Below, in pieces: positions 44,423 through 58,246 of a DNA stretch of 64,000 nt (the first letter of the stretch is position 1; every line of letters starts with the position of its first letter). Source of the DNA: Eledone cirrhosa (Eukaryota); contig OZ024763.1 in the NCBI GenBank assembly GCA_964016885.1, positions 23,622,001 to 23,686,000 on the forward strand, given 5' to 3'. The notes below the pieces were generated by a model. It searched no databases. It worked only from the letters and a program-made list of their open reading frames with translations, and had not been told where the DNA came from. Position numbers and translations under genes: made by a program.

Positions 44423-44645
44423 GTAGACGTAGGTGGCCTAGTGGTAAGGGTGTTGGACTTACGATCACGTTGCTCCAGTATATTCAGCTGAAAATGAGTA
44501 CCAGTAATAGCTGGAGGTTTAACCCTGCGATTGACTGGCGTCCTGTCTATCGCAGGGGAGTCTTGTACTCTCAGTCGCTTCACGCCATGAAACTGGGATA
44601 AGCCCCGGCCAAATGAGCTTTCTGGCTTAAGACAGACTTTAGACT
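44423..44645 (+). mobile_element. Second tRNA-derived SINE family with a V-domain-like core
   Basis: A-box-like gtggcctagtggtaag and core ccctgcgattgactggcgtcctgtc. Three partial tandem copies lie on the minus strand at 10945-11250. Confidence 0.6.
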
Positions 44646-44968
44646 TCTTAGATATAAATATGTGTTTGTGTGTGTGTGTGTGTGTGTGTATATAGATATA
44701 GAGAGAGAGAGAGAAAGAAAGAGAGAGAGAGAGAGAGAAATGTGCGTGCGTGTGCGTGTATGTATCTATGTACGTATGTTTACATCTATGTGTGCCTCTT
44801 ACAGGACTAATTCTTTTAACATCAACTGCGAATCTCGTTAGAAGAGACATCATCACTGAAGTTATTGCTTCGAAGTCAATACTTCCATTGTCTTTCGAAG
44901 ATAAAATGGAACTGCACATATGTATTGAGTCCTCTTTTGGTAATTGTCACACAATTGTGGATATGTGT

Positions 44969-45029
<61 letters not shown>

Positions 45030-45108
45030 CATCATCATCAGTTCCACTACCATTGTACTACTAGTTACTATCTACTATACACCGGTTGCAACTCCTGGAT
45101 ATGTGTGT

Positions 45109-45204
<96 letters not shown>

Positions 45205-45710
45205 ATCATCATCAGTTCCACTACCATTGTACTACTAGTTACTATCTACTATACACCGGTTGCAACTCCTGGCAGAAACACCAGCACTGAATGGACATTA
45301 CACATCGCCCAGTCCGGGAATCAAACTCATAACCTCACGATAACGAATCCAATTCTCTAACCAATAAGCCTTAATACATGTAGTGCTGCTGGTATATCTG
45401 TTAATAGTGTGCCGGGGAGCTGGTATATCGTGAGTAAAATTAATAGATACTGCCCTCCCACCCAACCCAACCGCCATCTTCACTATAAAAAGGAACTGAG
45501 ATGTGGGTTTTTTTTAATATTACGTGCTTTAAGCACGTAATATTAATCTCTGTGAAAGAAATTTTTGTTTCATGGGTCCAATTATGCATGCATATATATT
45601 CAGAGAGGGGGGAGGGAGAGAGAGAGAGGGGGAGAGAGGGAGAGAGGGAGAGAGAGAGAGAGAGACAAATACACACACACATAAATATACAGATATATAC
45701 ATATAAATCA

Positions 45711-45816
<106 letters not shown>

Positions 45817-45846
45817 TTATTTAGTTGTATATATGCACACATATTA

Positions 45847-45887
<41 letters not shown>

Positions 45888-45913
45888 CGTACATATATAT
45901 ATATACATACACG

Positions 45914-45947
<34 letters not shown>

Positions 45948-46024
45948 CATACACGTATATATTTATATATATATATATAAATATACATATATCTAGGGCG
46001 GGTAAAATGTTCGATATATATATA

Positions 46025-49000
46025 TAAACAATTAAGTTAAAGATGTACATCCATATATGTATACTGAAATACTAGTATGTATATGAATACACACACGTAT
46101 ACATATGTAGATGTACCAAGTTTTTTTTTCACTGGTCACTTTACTGTGAGTGGCCAGCTATTCTGTATGTAAACAGACAGACAAACCGGTTTTTAGAGTC
46201 ATACTGGTTTTTGAGGAAACACCTTTCCTCTATTCTCCAGAAAGCCAGACAAGGAATATTGAACTAGTTTCGTTGTTGTTACAACTCATCAGCAATATTT
46301 ACCTATCTTCCGGCCTCTCTAGAGAATCGTAAAAGCACATATCGTTATATGCTTTTTCTATGAAAATTAGTAGTGGGCAGACTAATTTGCATAGAGTGTG
46401 AGTAAGTACCGGTTCAACGGAGACGATAAAAACAAATAACGAAACGAAATTAAATTTCGTTTCGTTTGTAACTCACTTTTGTATGACTGACGCTTAAACA
46501 ATTAAGTTAAAGATGTACATCCATATATGTATACTGAAATACTAGTATGTATATGAATACACACACGTATACATATGTAGATGTACCAAGTTTTTTTTTT
46601 TTTTTCACTGGTCACTTTACTGTGAGTGGCCAGCTATTCTGTATGTAAACAGACAGACAAACCGGTTTTTAGAGTCATACTGGTTTTTGAGGAAACACCT
46701 TTCCTCTATTCTCCAGAAAGCCAGACAAGGAATATTGAACTAGTTTCGTTGTTGTTACAACTCATCAGCAATATTTACCTATCTTCCGGCCTCTCTAGAG
46801 AATCGTAAAAGCACATATCGTTATATGCTTTTTCTATGAAAATTAGTAGTGGGCAGACTAATTTGCATAGAGTGTGAGTAAGTACCGGTTCAACGGAGAC
46901 GATAAAAACAAATAACGAAACGAAATTAAATTTCGTTTCGTTTGTAACTCACTTTTGTATGACTGACGCTTAAACAATTAAGTTAAAGATGTACATCCAT
47001 ATATGTATACTGAAATACTAGTATGTATATGAATACACACACGTATACATATGTAGATGTACCAAGTTTTTTTTTTTTTCACTGGTCACTTTACTGTGAG
47101 TGGCCAGCTATTCTGTATGTAAACAGACAGACAAACCGGTTTTTAGAGTCATACTGGTTTTTGAGGAAACACCTTTCCTCTATTCTCCAGAAAGCCAGAC
47201 AAGGAATATTGAACTAGTTTCGTTGTTGTTACAACTCATCAGCAATATTTACCTATCTTCCGGCCTCTCTAGAGAATCGTAAAAGCACATATCGTTATAT
47301 GCTTTTTCTATGAAAATTAGTAGTGGGCAGACTAATTTGCATAGAGTGTGAGTAAGTACCGGTTCAACGGAGACGATAAAAACAAATAACGAAACGAAAT
47401 TAAATTTCGTTTCGTTTGTAACTCACTTTTGTATGACTGACGCTTAAACAATTAAGTTAAAGATGTACATCCATATATGTATACTGAAATACTAGTATGT
47501 ATATGAATACACACACGTATACATATGTAGATGTACCAAGTTTTTTTTTCACTGGTCACTTTACTGTGAGTGGCCAGCTATTCTGTATGTAAACAGACAG
47601 ACAAACCGGTTTTTAGAGTCATACTGGTTTTTGAGGAAACACCTTTCCTCTATTCTCCAGAAAGCCAGACAAGGAATATTGAACTAGTTTCGTTGTTGTT
47701 ACAACTCATCAGCAATATTTACCTATCTTCCGGCCTCTCTAGAGAATCGTAAAAGCACATATCGTTATATGCTTTTTCTATGAAAATTAGTAGTGGGCAG
47801 ACTAATTTGCATAGAGTGTGAGTAAGTACCGGTTCAACGGAGACGATAAAAACAAATAACGAAACGAAATTAAATTTCGTTTCGTTTGTAACTCACTTTT
47901 GTATGACTGACGCTTAAACAATTAAGTTAAAGATGTACATCCATATATGTATACTGAAATACTAGTATGTATATGAATACACACACGTATACATATGTAG
48001 ATGTACCAAGTTTTTTTTTTTCACTGGTCACTTTACTGTGAGTGGCCAGCTATTCTGTATGTAAACAGACAGACAAACCGGTTTTTAGAGTCATACTGGT
48101 TTTTGAGGAAACACCTTTCCTCTATTCTCCAGAAAGCCAGACAAGGAATATTGAACTAGTTTCGTTGTTGTTACAACTCATCAGCAATATTTACCTATCT
48201 TCCGGCCTCTCTAGAGAATCGTAAAAGCACATATCGTTATATGCTTTTTCTATGAAAATTAGTAGTGGGCAGACTAATTTGCATAGAGTGTGAGTAAGTA
48301 CCGGTTCAACGGAGACGATAAAAACAAATAACGAAACGAAATTAAATTTCGTTTCGTTTGTAACTCACTTTTGTATGACTGACGCTTAAACAATTAAGTT
48401 AAAGATGTACATCCATATATGTATACTGAAATACTAGTATGTATATGAATACACACACGTATACATATGTAGATGTACCAAGTTTTTTTTTCACTGGTCA
48501 CTTTACTGTGAGTGGCCAGCTATTCTGTATGTAAACAGACAGACAAACCGGTTTTTAGAGTCATACTGGTTTTTGAGGAAACACCTTTCCTCTATTCTCC
48601 AGAAAGCCAGACAAGGAATATTGAACTAGTTTCGTTGTTGTTACAACTCATCAGCAATATTTACCTATCTTCCGGCCTCTCTAGAGAATCGTAAAAGCAC
48701 ATATCGTTATATGCTTTTTCTATGAAAATTAGTAGTGGGCAGACTAATTTGCATAGAGTGTGAGTAAGTACCGGTTCAACGGAGACGATAAAAACAAATA
48801 ACGAAACGAAATTAAATTTCGTTTCGTTTGTAACTCACTTTTGTATGACTGACGCTTAAACAATTAAGTTAAAGATGTACATCCATATATGTATACTGAA
48901 ATACTAGTATGTATATGAATACACACACGTATACATATGTAGATGTACCAAGTTTTTTTTTTCACTGGTCACTTTACTGTGAGTGGCCAGCTATTCTGTA

Positions 49001-50451
49001 TGTAAACAGACAGACAAACCGGTTTTTAGAGTCATACTGGTTTTTGAGGAAACACCTTTCCTCTATTCTCCAGAAAGCCAGACAAGGAATATTGAACTAG
49101 TTTCGTTGTTGTTACAACTCATCAGCAATATTTACCTATCTTCCGGCCTCTCTAGAGAATCGTAAAAGCACATATCGTTATATGCTTTTTCTATGAAAAT
49201 TAGTAGTGGGCAGACTAATTTGCATAGAGTGTGAGTAAGTACCGGTTCAACGGAGACGATAAAAACAAATAACGAAACGAAATTAAATTTCGTTTCGTTT
49301 GTAACTCACTTTTGTATGACTGACGCTTAAACAATTAAGTTAAAGATGTACATCCATATATGTATACTGAAATACTAGTATGTATATGAATACACACACG
49401 TATACATATGTAGATGTACCAAGTTTTTTTTTTTCACTGGTCACTTTACTGTGAGTGGCCAGCTATTCTGTATGTAAACAGACAGACAAACCGGTTTTTA
49501 GAGTCATACTGGTTTTTGAGGAAACACCTTTCCTCTATTCTCCAGAAAGCCAGACAAGGAATATTGAACTAGTTTCGTTGTTGTTACAACTCATCAGCAA
49601 TATTTACCTATCTTCCGGCCTCTCTAGAGAATCGTAAAAGCACATATCGTTATATGCTTTTTCTATGAAAATTAGTAGTGGGCAGACTAATTTGCATAGA
49701 GTGTGAGTAAGTACCGGTTCAACGGAGACGATAAAAACAAATAACGAAACGAAATTAAATTTCGTTTCGTTTGTAACTCACTTTTGTATGACTGACGCTT
49801 AAACAATTAAGTTAAAGATGTACATCCATATATGTATACTGAAATACTAGTATGTATATGAATACACACACGTATACATATGTAGATGTACCAAGTTTTT
49901 TTTTTCACTGGTCACTTTACTGTGAGTGGCCAGCTATTCTGTATGTAAACAGACAGACAAACCGGTTTTTAGAGTCATACTGGTTTTTGAGGAAACACCT
50001 TTCCTCTATTCTCCAGAAAGCCAGACAAGGAATATTGAACTAGTTTCGTTGTTGTTACAACTCATCAGCAATATTTACCTATCTTCCGGCCTCTCTAGAG
50101 AATCGTAAAAGCACATATCGTTATATGCTTTTTCTATGAAAATTAGTAGTGGGCAGACTAATTTGCATAGAGTGTGAGTAAGTACCGGTTCAACGGAGAC
50201 GATAAAAACAAATAACGAAACGAAATTAAATTTCGTTTCGTTTGTAACTCACTTTTGTATGACTGACGCTTAAACAATTAAGTTAAAGATGTACATCCAT
50301 ATATGTATACTGAAATACTAGTATGTATATGAATACACACACGTATACATATGTAGATGTACCAAGTTTTTTTTTTCACTGGTCACTTTACTGTGAGTGG
50401 CCAGCTATTCTGTATGTAAACAGACAGACAAACCGGTTTTTAGAGTCATAC
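46025..50451 (-). mobile_element. Tandem array of ~471-bp hammerhead-containing units (non-LTR retrozyme-like concatemer); 9 full units plus a ~180-bp partial unit
   Basis: Unit starts (taaacaattaagttaaag) at 46025, 46495, 46971, 47445, 47915, 48387, 48857, 49328, 49800 and 50271. Units appear identical except for poly-T length. Each full unit has one minus-strand HHR and several hairpins. Both flanks are TA/CA-rich microsatellite. Confidence 0.85.
46255..46299 (-). ncRNA. Minimal type I hammerhead ribozyme, first array copy (others start at 46731, 47205, 47675, 48147, 48617, 49088, 49560, 50031)
   Basis: Minus strand reads aauauug-CUGAUGA-guugu(aaca)acaac-GAAA-cuag-UU^caauauu: 7-bp stem I, 5-bp stem II, palindromic AACUAGUU helix III region and a GUU triplet. 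Predicted cleavage is between 46262 and 46261. Confidence 0.88.
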
Positions 50452-50497
50452 ATATACATTTATATATATGAACATATACGCACGCACACGCACACAT

Positions 50498-50578
<81 letters not shown>

Positions 50579-51298
50579 TATACATTCAGGGGATAAATAG
50601 ATAATTAGATAAAGAGCTAGATAGAGACAGAATGACGTGAAGAATGTGTTTTGGTCTTATCATTTGTTTATCCATTTGTTCTCTTATCCCTTTATTCCTT
50701 TAATCCGTGTTCGTTTATTCCGTCGTTTATCTTTATCCCCCTCTCCATCTTGTGTTTTGTTTTGTTCCTGTTCTTTCACTATTCTAATATTCCAACTGCT
50801 GTAGAAGACGTGCTCACCACATACAGATCAAACATCTTACATATATATATGTGTGTGTGTGTGTGTATGTGTGTATGTATTGTACATAGAAACATGTATA
50901 TACATGCATACACATACACACACACTCATATATATATACATATACATATATAGATATATATACATATATTTATGTATTTATATGTATGCATATATGCATA
51001 TAAGTGTGTATAAATATATATATATATATATCATACATACAAACGTATACATACATATATATATATATACATGCATCGAAACGGCTTGAGCTCTACCCTA
51101 AGTATTGAGCACTCTGGTGCGTTATGGTCCATCTGGTTCCTTACCACAATTCCTTTGTTATAGATATATATATATAGATATATATGCATATATATGTATA
51201 TATGTATGAATATATATATATGTACAAAGTATCCTCCAAAATGTATACACGCTTCAACAACATTCTAATCCAAGTGTGTATACATCTTTTGAGACACC

Positions 51299-51374
<76 letters not shown>

Positions 51375-51375
<1 letters not shown>

Positions 51376-51588
51376 GTGGTAGAACACTGGAAGGTAATAT
51401 CCGTAGTGGTAGAGCGCTCAGTCCACGGGACGAGTTAGGTAGAAGTGGTTACACAACAGTTAGTTCACCATACCGAGAACAATTGTTTCACCTTAGCGGA
51501 TCCTCAGCTCGTAAACGGAGCTGAGGATCCGCTAAGGTGAAACAATTGTTCTCGGTATGGTGAACTAACTGTTGTGTAACCACTTCTA
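51375..51588. mobile_element. Perfect palindrome of two HHRs (51475-51510 -, 51518-51553 +), family F
   Basis: 71-bp perfect inverted repeat 51440-51510 / 51518-51588 with a 7-nt spacer. Motif: gag-CTGAGGA-tcc(gctaa)ggt-GAAAC-aatt-GTT-ctc. Confidence 0.8.
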
Positions 51589-51600
51589 TATATATATATA

Positions 51601-51905
51601 TATTGAATACACAAGAATCAAAGTTATGTTAAAACATTTATTCGCTGACAATTGTTTCTTCCACACCTAGGCTTGGGGTCTTCGGAGCATTTTTAATGTT
51701 TGTACATAAAATGCTCCGAAGACTCCAAGCCTAGGTTTGGAAGAAACAATTGTCAACGAATTAATTTTTTAACATAACTTGGATTCTTGTGTATTCAATA
51801 TAACTGCTCTGTAAAACAACTGATGTTCTTACATTGAGCTATTTATCTTACTGGTAATAAGGTGGTAATAAATTACTGACCTTCCCTGTTTATAGTTGTT
51901 TATAG
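51601..51905. mobile_element. Fold-back element with two variant-core HHRs (51643-51689 -, 51712-51758 +)
   Basis: Arms ~51601-51692 / 51709-51800. Motif: tgct-CCGAAGA-c-tccaagcc(ta)ggtttgga-a-GAAAC-aatt-GTC. Stem I tgct/agcg is intact in the minus copy. Confidence 0.7.
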
Positions 51906-54229
51906 TATAGTATATACATAACTATAAATATTATCTTTAATATTATATATATATATGTAATTAGAATATGGAATTATCGCCTGAATCCATTCATCCCTCC
52001 ATCATCTTCTCCTTCCTCTTCACAGCATCCCTGTTTCCTGAGAGACTGGTCTCTTGGGTGGTTAGCCGGCTGATTGAATAGTTGCCTGGTTAGTTGTTAG
52101 ACTGGACTGAGGGTGAGTTGGTTGAATGGCTTAATGGTGGTTTGTTTAGCTAGCTGGCTGGTTGGTTGGCTGGCTGGTTGGATGGTTAGACGGTAAGCTG
52201 GTTAGTTAAATGGTAGGTTGGTAGGTTGACTGGATGGCTGGCTGGTTAGTTAGATGGTAGGCTGGCTTCATTAAATACACCTCTCAGTCATCATTAATTG
52301 ACAATTTTCTCAGCTAAATACTTCATCACGTCGCTTCCTAATTGTGTTTTTAGCACGAATTTCATGCAGACAAACTGACAGGCACACATTCATACGACCA
52401 AGCAGTCTGTCAACCAGCCTGCCAACCAACCAACCTGCCAACCATCCTGCCAACCAACCTGCCAACCAACCTGCCAACCAGCCTGCCAACCAACCTGCCA
52501 ACCAACCAGCCTGCCAACCAACCAACCAGCCTGCCAACCAATTAACCAGCCAACCTGCCAACCAGTGAACCGACCAACCTGCCAATCAGCGAACCAAACC
52601 AGCCAACTAGTCAGCCAACGATCAAACCAACCGCCAACCAGCCAATCAAGTAGCCAGCCAACGAACCAGCCAGCCAGTCAACTAGAAAGCCAGCCTACAA
52701 ACAAAACCAATCAACGAGATAAACATCCAGCCAATCAAGCAACCAACCAATCAACTTGCGAACCAGCCAATTAACTAGTCAGACTATCGGCCAACCAACA
52801 ACCAGCCTGCCAATCCTACCAACCTACTAACCAGCCAGTCAACTAGCCAGCCAATCTCCCAACCAACCAACCAACCAACCAATCAAGCAGCTAACCAACC
52901 TGCCTGTCGACTAATCAGCCAGTCAACTAGTCAGCCAATTTAACAACCAATTCAGCAGCTAACCAACCAACCTGCCAACAAACATACGAGCCAACCAATC
53001 AACTAGTCAGCCAACTCACCAAGCAACCATCCATCAATGAAAACCATCAATGAAAACCAGGCAACCATCCATCAATGAAAACAACTGACTCACCGAATAA
53101 CCTACAAACCATACCAGCCAACCAATCATTCCCACCATCCCCAACCCCCACCACTATAATGTCAAATCAATTCACCACTACCACCACCACCAGCAACTCC
53201 ACACTACCACCATTAGCAACAGCAACAACAGCAACACCACAATACCACCATTACAACCACCACAAGCACCACAACTACCAGCAACACCACAATACCACCA
53301 TTATAACCACCACAAGCACCACCATCACCATATACCACCAACCACCACCACACCACACACAATCTCCAGCATCATCATCACACCAACTGTTATCACCACC
53401 ACACTATCACCATTACCACCACCACACATTAACCATAACCACCACCACCACCATCACCACACCAACCACCACCATCAATCGCCACTATTACCACACCACA
53501 CCACCCATAATCTCCAACATCATCATCACACCAACTATTATCACCACCACCACCACCACACTATCACCATTACCATCACCACCACAACCACCAACACCAC
53601 TACAACCCCCACCCTACCTCCTATAATAGACACTATAATGTCAATTCTACACCACTATCTTCTCACATCATAAATGTCAAAAGAAATCACTGTAGTCCAC
53701 CATTACAAATATGTCTGCCTTCTATCGTGTTCTCAGTCCTGAACTTCAAAATGTTTCGCTCTGTTTTTACGGATCACTTGGTCTTTTTTGTTTTACATCT
53801 GCAGCTTCCTTTCAACGTCTTCTTCAGATATCTACAAACCTAACTACATACATCTCTATTTATCTATGTATGTATGTATGTATGTATGTATCTATCTATC
53901 TACAAATCTATGTATGTATATATGTATCTACAAATATATGTATGTATGTATGTATATATGTATCTACAAATATATGTATGTATGTATGTATCTATCTCAC
54001 GAATTTTATGTATGTAAACTTCCCCCATTGTATTTGTCCCCATCTTTTGCGCCCTCGTGACGAATAAAGAAATATATTTATCTACAAACCTATCTATCTA
54101 TATATCTACAAATCTAACTACATATATCTCTATGTATGTATGTATGTATGTATGTATGTATGTATGTATGTATGTATGTATGTATGTATGTATGTATGTA
54201 TGTATGTATGTATCTATCTATCTACAAAC

Positions 54230-54500
54230 CTGGGACTGGTTTTGTGCAGTGCCTTTGCTCACTATAAAAGCTCCACGGCACAGGCATTGCTTTGTATCTG
54301 GAGATCTCGCTGCACTTGTCGTCACATGGTACCAGGGGCCTAGCACTATGTGTCAATAATTGTCACAAGTGTAGTGTTTGTACCAGAGTTTTCAAGTCAC
54401 TGGCTGGACTAAAAAGTCACACTCGTTCAGCGTATCGGTAGGTGTTCTCCTACATGGATATAAAGTAGTGGCCGTACTCGAAAACGAGTTGGCAGCCACC
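54230..54500 (+). mobile_element. RTE LINE 3' fragment with C-terminal zinc-finger-like motif
   Basis: 54370-54441 reads CSVCTRVFKSLAGLKSHTRSAYR*. It is followed by the stem-loop ctcgaaaacgag. Confidence 0.6.
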
Positions 54501-54763
54501 ATCTACAAACCTATCTATTTATATATCTACAAATCTAACTATCTACCTGTCTATCAACCTACAAACCGATTTATCTATCTATTTTATATATTTATTAATG
54601 TTAAAGTTATAAGATGTTTATATAAAACCTCCGCCTTCACGTCTTGTAATGTCCCATTTCTTGTACGCCCTTGTGGCAAATAAAGATATATTTCTCTTTA
54701 CTCTTTATCTAACTACAAACCTACCTATCTGTCCATTTATCTATCTTCGTTCACATTATTACC

Positions 54764-54953
54764 GGTGGATTGGCAGTATCGGTAGAGGGTCGGGCGCCAT
54801 GCTTTGACGCATAGAGTTACGGCTCTTGCCATTCTGAGTTCAAATCCCGCCGAGGTTAACTTTGCCTTTAATCTTTACGGGGTCGATAAAATAAAGTACC
54901 AGTAATACACTGGGTAATTGTTGGCCTTGTGCCAAAAGTAGAAACAATTATTA
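54764..54953 (+). mobile_element. Octopus-type SINE (short form)
   Basis: Full head (ggtggattggcagtatcggtagagg), B-box gagttcaaatccc and ATT tail. Confidence 0.85.
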
Positions 54954-54979
54954 CACATTGAACTGTATTCTTACGACTC

Positions 54980-55030
<51 letters not shown>

Positions 55031-55035
<5 letters not shown>

Positions 55036-55175
55036 GGTAAACATAAATATAAAAAAATAACAAAACAAACGGCACAGTACATGGAAGAAATATTTGAGTT
55101 AAACGCTTGAAATTGCAGGAAGAGAATCTTAACGTTTCAGACACTAATCCTTCGTCGGAAGATAGAGTTAGAAAT
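55031..55175 (-). mobile_element. PLE-type pLTR remnant with variant minimal HHR (55126-55163, -)
   Basis: Minus strand: atctt-CCGACGA-agga(ttagtg)tct-GAAAC-GTT-aagat. The tail resembles 41015-41082 and ends in (CA)n. Confidence 0.65.
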
Positions 55176-55549
55176 AGAAGAGGAATATAGAAAGAGAGAG
55201 AGAGAGTAAGAGAGAGAGAGAGAGTAAGAGAGAGAGAGAATGAGAGAGAGAGAGAATGAGAGAGAGAGTAAGAGAGAGAGAGTAAGAGAGAGAGAGAGAG
55301 AGAGAGTAAGAGAGAATGAGAGAGAGAGTAAGAGAGAGAGAGAATGTGAGAGAGAGAATGAGAGAGAGAGTAAGAGAGAGAGAGTAAGAGAGAGAGTAAG
55401 AGAGAGAGTAAGAGAGAGTGTGGGAGAGAGAGTAAGAGAGAGTGTGGGAGAGAGAGTGTGGGAGAGAGAGTGTGGGAGAGAGAGTGGGAGAGAGAGTAAG
55501 AGAGAGAGAGTAAGAGAGAGAGAGAGTAAGAGAGAGTGTGGGAGAGAGA

Positions 55550-55720
55550 GAGATGACATTTACAGGACTAGAACTGTTTCATTCATATGAATGAAACAGT
55601 TCTAGTCCTGTAGAAGTCATTTCTATATATAATAAAGGTGCCTGTACTCTTCTAACGTATTGAGTACCTTTTTTAAATTGTAGTTACCGCCACCTCGACA
55701 CTACTCTGGAATGTAAACAC
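55550..55720 (+). mobile_element. Fold-back half-HHR element (family B)
   Basis: Spacerless 52-bp palindrome tacaggactagaactgtttcattcat|atgaatgaaacagttctagtcctgta (55561-55612), centred in helix II. The tail contains gtattgagtac. Confidence 0.7.
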
Positions 55721-56929
55721 ACACACATATATATATATACATACATACATGTGTGTGTATGTGTCTGTGTGTACTTGTGTGTCTATATGTATGTGTGTGT
55801 ACTTATGTGTCTATATATGTGTGTGTATGTGTGTGTGTCTATATATATGTGTGTGTCGTGTGTATTTGTGTGTCTATATATGTGTGTGTGTGTGTGTCGT
55901 GTGTACTTGTGTGTCTATATATGTGTGTGTGTGTGTGTGTATCTGTGTGTACTTGTGTATCTATATATGTGTGTGTGTGTGTGTGTCTGTGTGTACTTGT
56001 GTATCTATATATGTGTGTGTCTGTGTACTTGTGTGTCTATATATGTGTGTCTGTGTGTATTTGTGTGTCTATATATGTGTGTGTACTTGTGTGTCTCTCT
56101 ATATATATATGTGTCTGTTTATTTGTGCGTGTTGTTATTTAAAAAAAATCAAAGTAAAATACGACTTAATTAAATTTAACAAACTTTATTTTTTTCCTTT
56201 TCTTTCTTTCTTTTTTCCTTTCTTTCTTTTTTCCTTTCTTTCTTTTTTTCCGTTCTTTCTTTCTTTTTTCCTTTCTTTCTTTTTCTTTGATTTATTTATT
56301 CGTTTTGTTTAAATGTGTGTGTATGTGTGTGTGTGTTGTGTGTGTGTGTTGTATGCGTATGTTCTGTGTGTGGGTTGTGTTGTGTTTGTATTCTCTGTGT
56401 GTATGTTTGTTGCGTGTGTGTATGCGTGTAATGTTTGAATTGTGTGTGCTGTTTGTATATATGTGTGCTGTGTTGTGTGTGTACTGTGTGTTTGTTTCGT
56501 TTATTGTTTATTTGTTGATAATTATCTCTCTTACCTTCGTCACCTCCACACACAACACACACAACATACACATTATACACACACACAACACGCACACAGA
56601 TACACACACAACACAGACACACATATTACACACACAACACATACACACACAACACACACAACACATACACACACAACACACACACACACACACACAACAC
56701 GCACAACACACACACACACTCCACGCAACCCACCCACCCCAACACAGTATCCAATCAACAAATCTCTATCTTCATCATATTCTCCATATGTCATCTATCG
56801 ATCGCCTCCCCCACCACCACCATCAATCAATCATCTCACAGCCTCACTCCAAGTCACACTGAACACCAAACCGCACAAAATCTCTTACAGCGCAAAATCC
56901 TACACAAAACGTCACCTATCCTACATTCC

Positions 56930-57480
56930 ACATACCACAACCTACATTTCACATCTCAAGATTGTTACATTTCACATCTCATATCTGCTACATTTCACAT
57001 CTCACATCTCCTACATTTCACATCTCACATCTTCTACATCACTCATCTCATATCTGCTACATTTTACATCTCACATCTCCTACATTTCACATCTCACATC
57101 CGCTACATTTTACATCTCACATCTCCTACATTTCACATCTCATACCTGCTACATTTCACATCTCATATCTGCTACATTTCACATCTCATATCTGCTACAT
57201 TTCACATCTCACATCTGCTACATCACATATCTCAGAACTGCTACATTTCACAGCTCACGTCTGCTACATCCTACATCCCACATCTGCTACATTACACATC
57301 CCATATGTGCTATTTCACACACCACACGTCTGCTACATCACACATCCCATATCTGCAACATCTCACATGCCATATCTACATTTCACATCTCACATCTGCT
57401 ACATCACACATCCCACATCTGTTACATCACACATCCCATATCCGCTACATTCCACATATCACAACTGCTACATTTCACCC
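56930..57480. repeat. ~17-22-bp minisatellite
   Basis: ctgctacatttcacatctcatat variants. Confidence 0.85.
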
Positions 57481-57624
57481 CTACCGGTGACGTCAACGTC
57501 ATTAGACAACTTACATCACATCACATATTCCCCAACGACGACATCAATATGTGTGCGTGCGTGTGTGTGTCTGTGTGTGTGTGTATGTGCGTGTGTGTGT
57601 GTGTGTGTCTGTGTGTGTGTCTGT

Positions 57625-57656
<32 letters not shown>

Positions 57657-58077
57657 CTGTGTGAGTGAGTGAGTGAGTGAGTGAGTGAGTGAGTGAGTGA
57701 GTGAGTGAGTGAGTGAGTGTGTGTGTGTGTGTGTGTGTGTGCGTGCGTGTGTGCGTGAGTGCGTGCGTGTGTGTGTGTCTGTGTGTATGTGTGTCTGTGT
57801 GTGTGTGAGTGAGTGTGTGTGTGTGTGTGTGTGTGTGAATTCCGTACATCTAAAGATATACGGTATGCTTGATAAATAAACAATTTGAAAGCCTCAGCTA
57901 TGAATAGAAGGCTGGTGGCTCTGGACGTCTCGCGAAATCCAGCAGAAGCAAAGGGGATGATTGTCTATGCATTTCGAACTTAAATGGTTTTCGTCAAGAC
58001 ACAGACATCCCACATACCACAAATGCTGCATCTCATCTCATATCACGCCCCACCCTATCCACCCACAATGACGTTAT

Positions 58078-58193
58078 AGTTGTTTCTACTTTTGGCACAA
58101 GGCCAGCAATTATCCCAGTACATTACTGGTACTTTATTTTATCGACCCTGTAAGGATGAAAGGCAAAGTTAACCTCGGCGGGATTTGTACTCA

Positions 58194-58246
<53 letters not shown>

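Noticed and set aside
46150-50108. 60-aa ORF repeated nine times (MASYSVCKQ...)
   Set aside because: It has a GTG start, is short, has no recognisable motif and is antisense to the ribozyme. Its repetition simply reflects the DNA array.
46025-50451. CRISPR array, 5S rDNA or snRNA/tRNA tandem cluster
   Set aside because: There are no variable spacers and no recognisable 5S, U-snRNA or tRNA sequence. The context is eukaryotic.
53745-53832. Minus-strand CTGAAGA...GAAAC as a hammerhead
   Set aside because: No convincing stem I or stem II complementarity.
54764-54860. tRNA gene
   Set aside because: The A/B-box-like motifs belong to SINE heads, and no cloverleaf forms.
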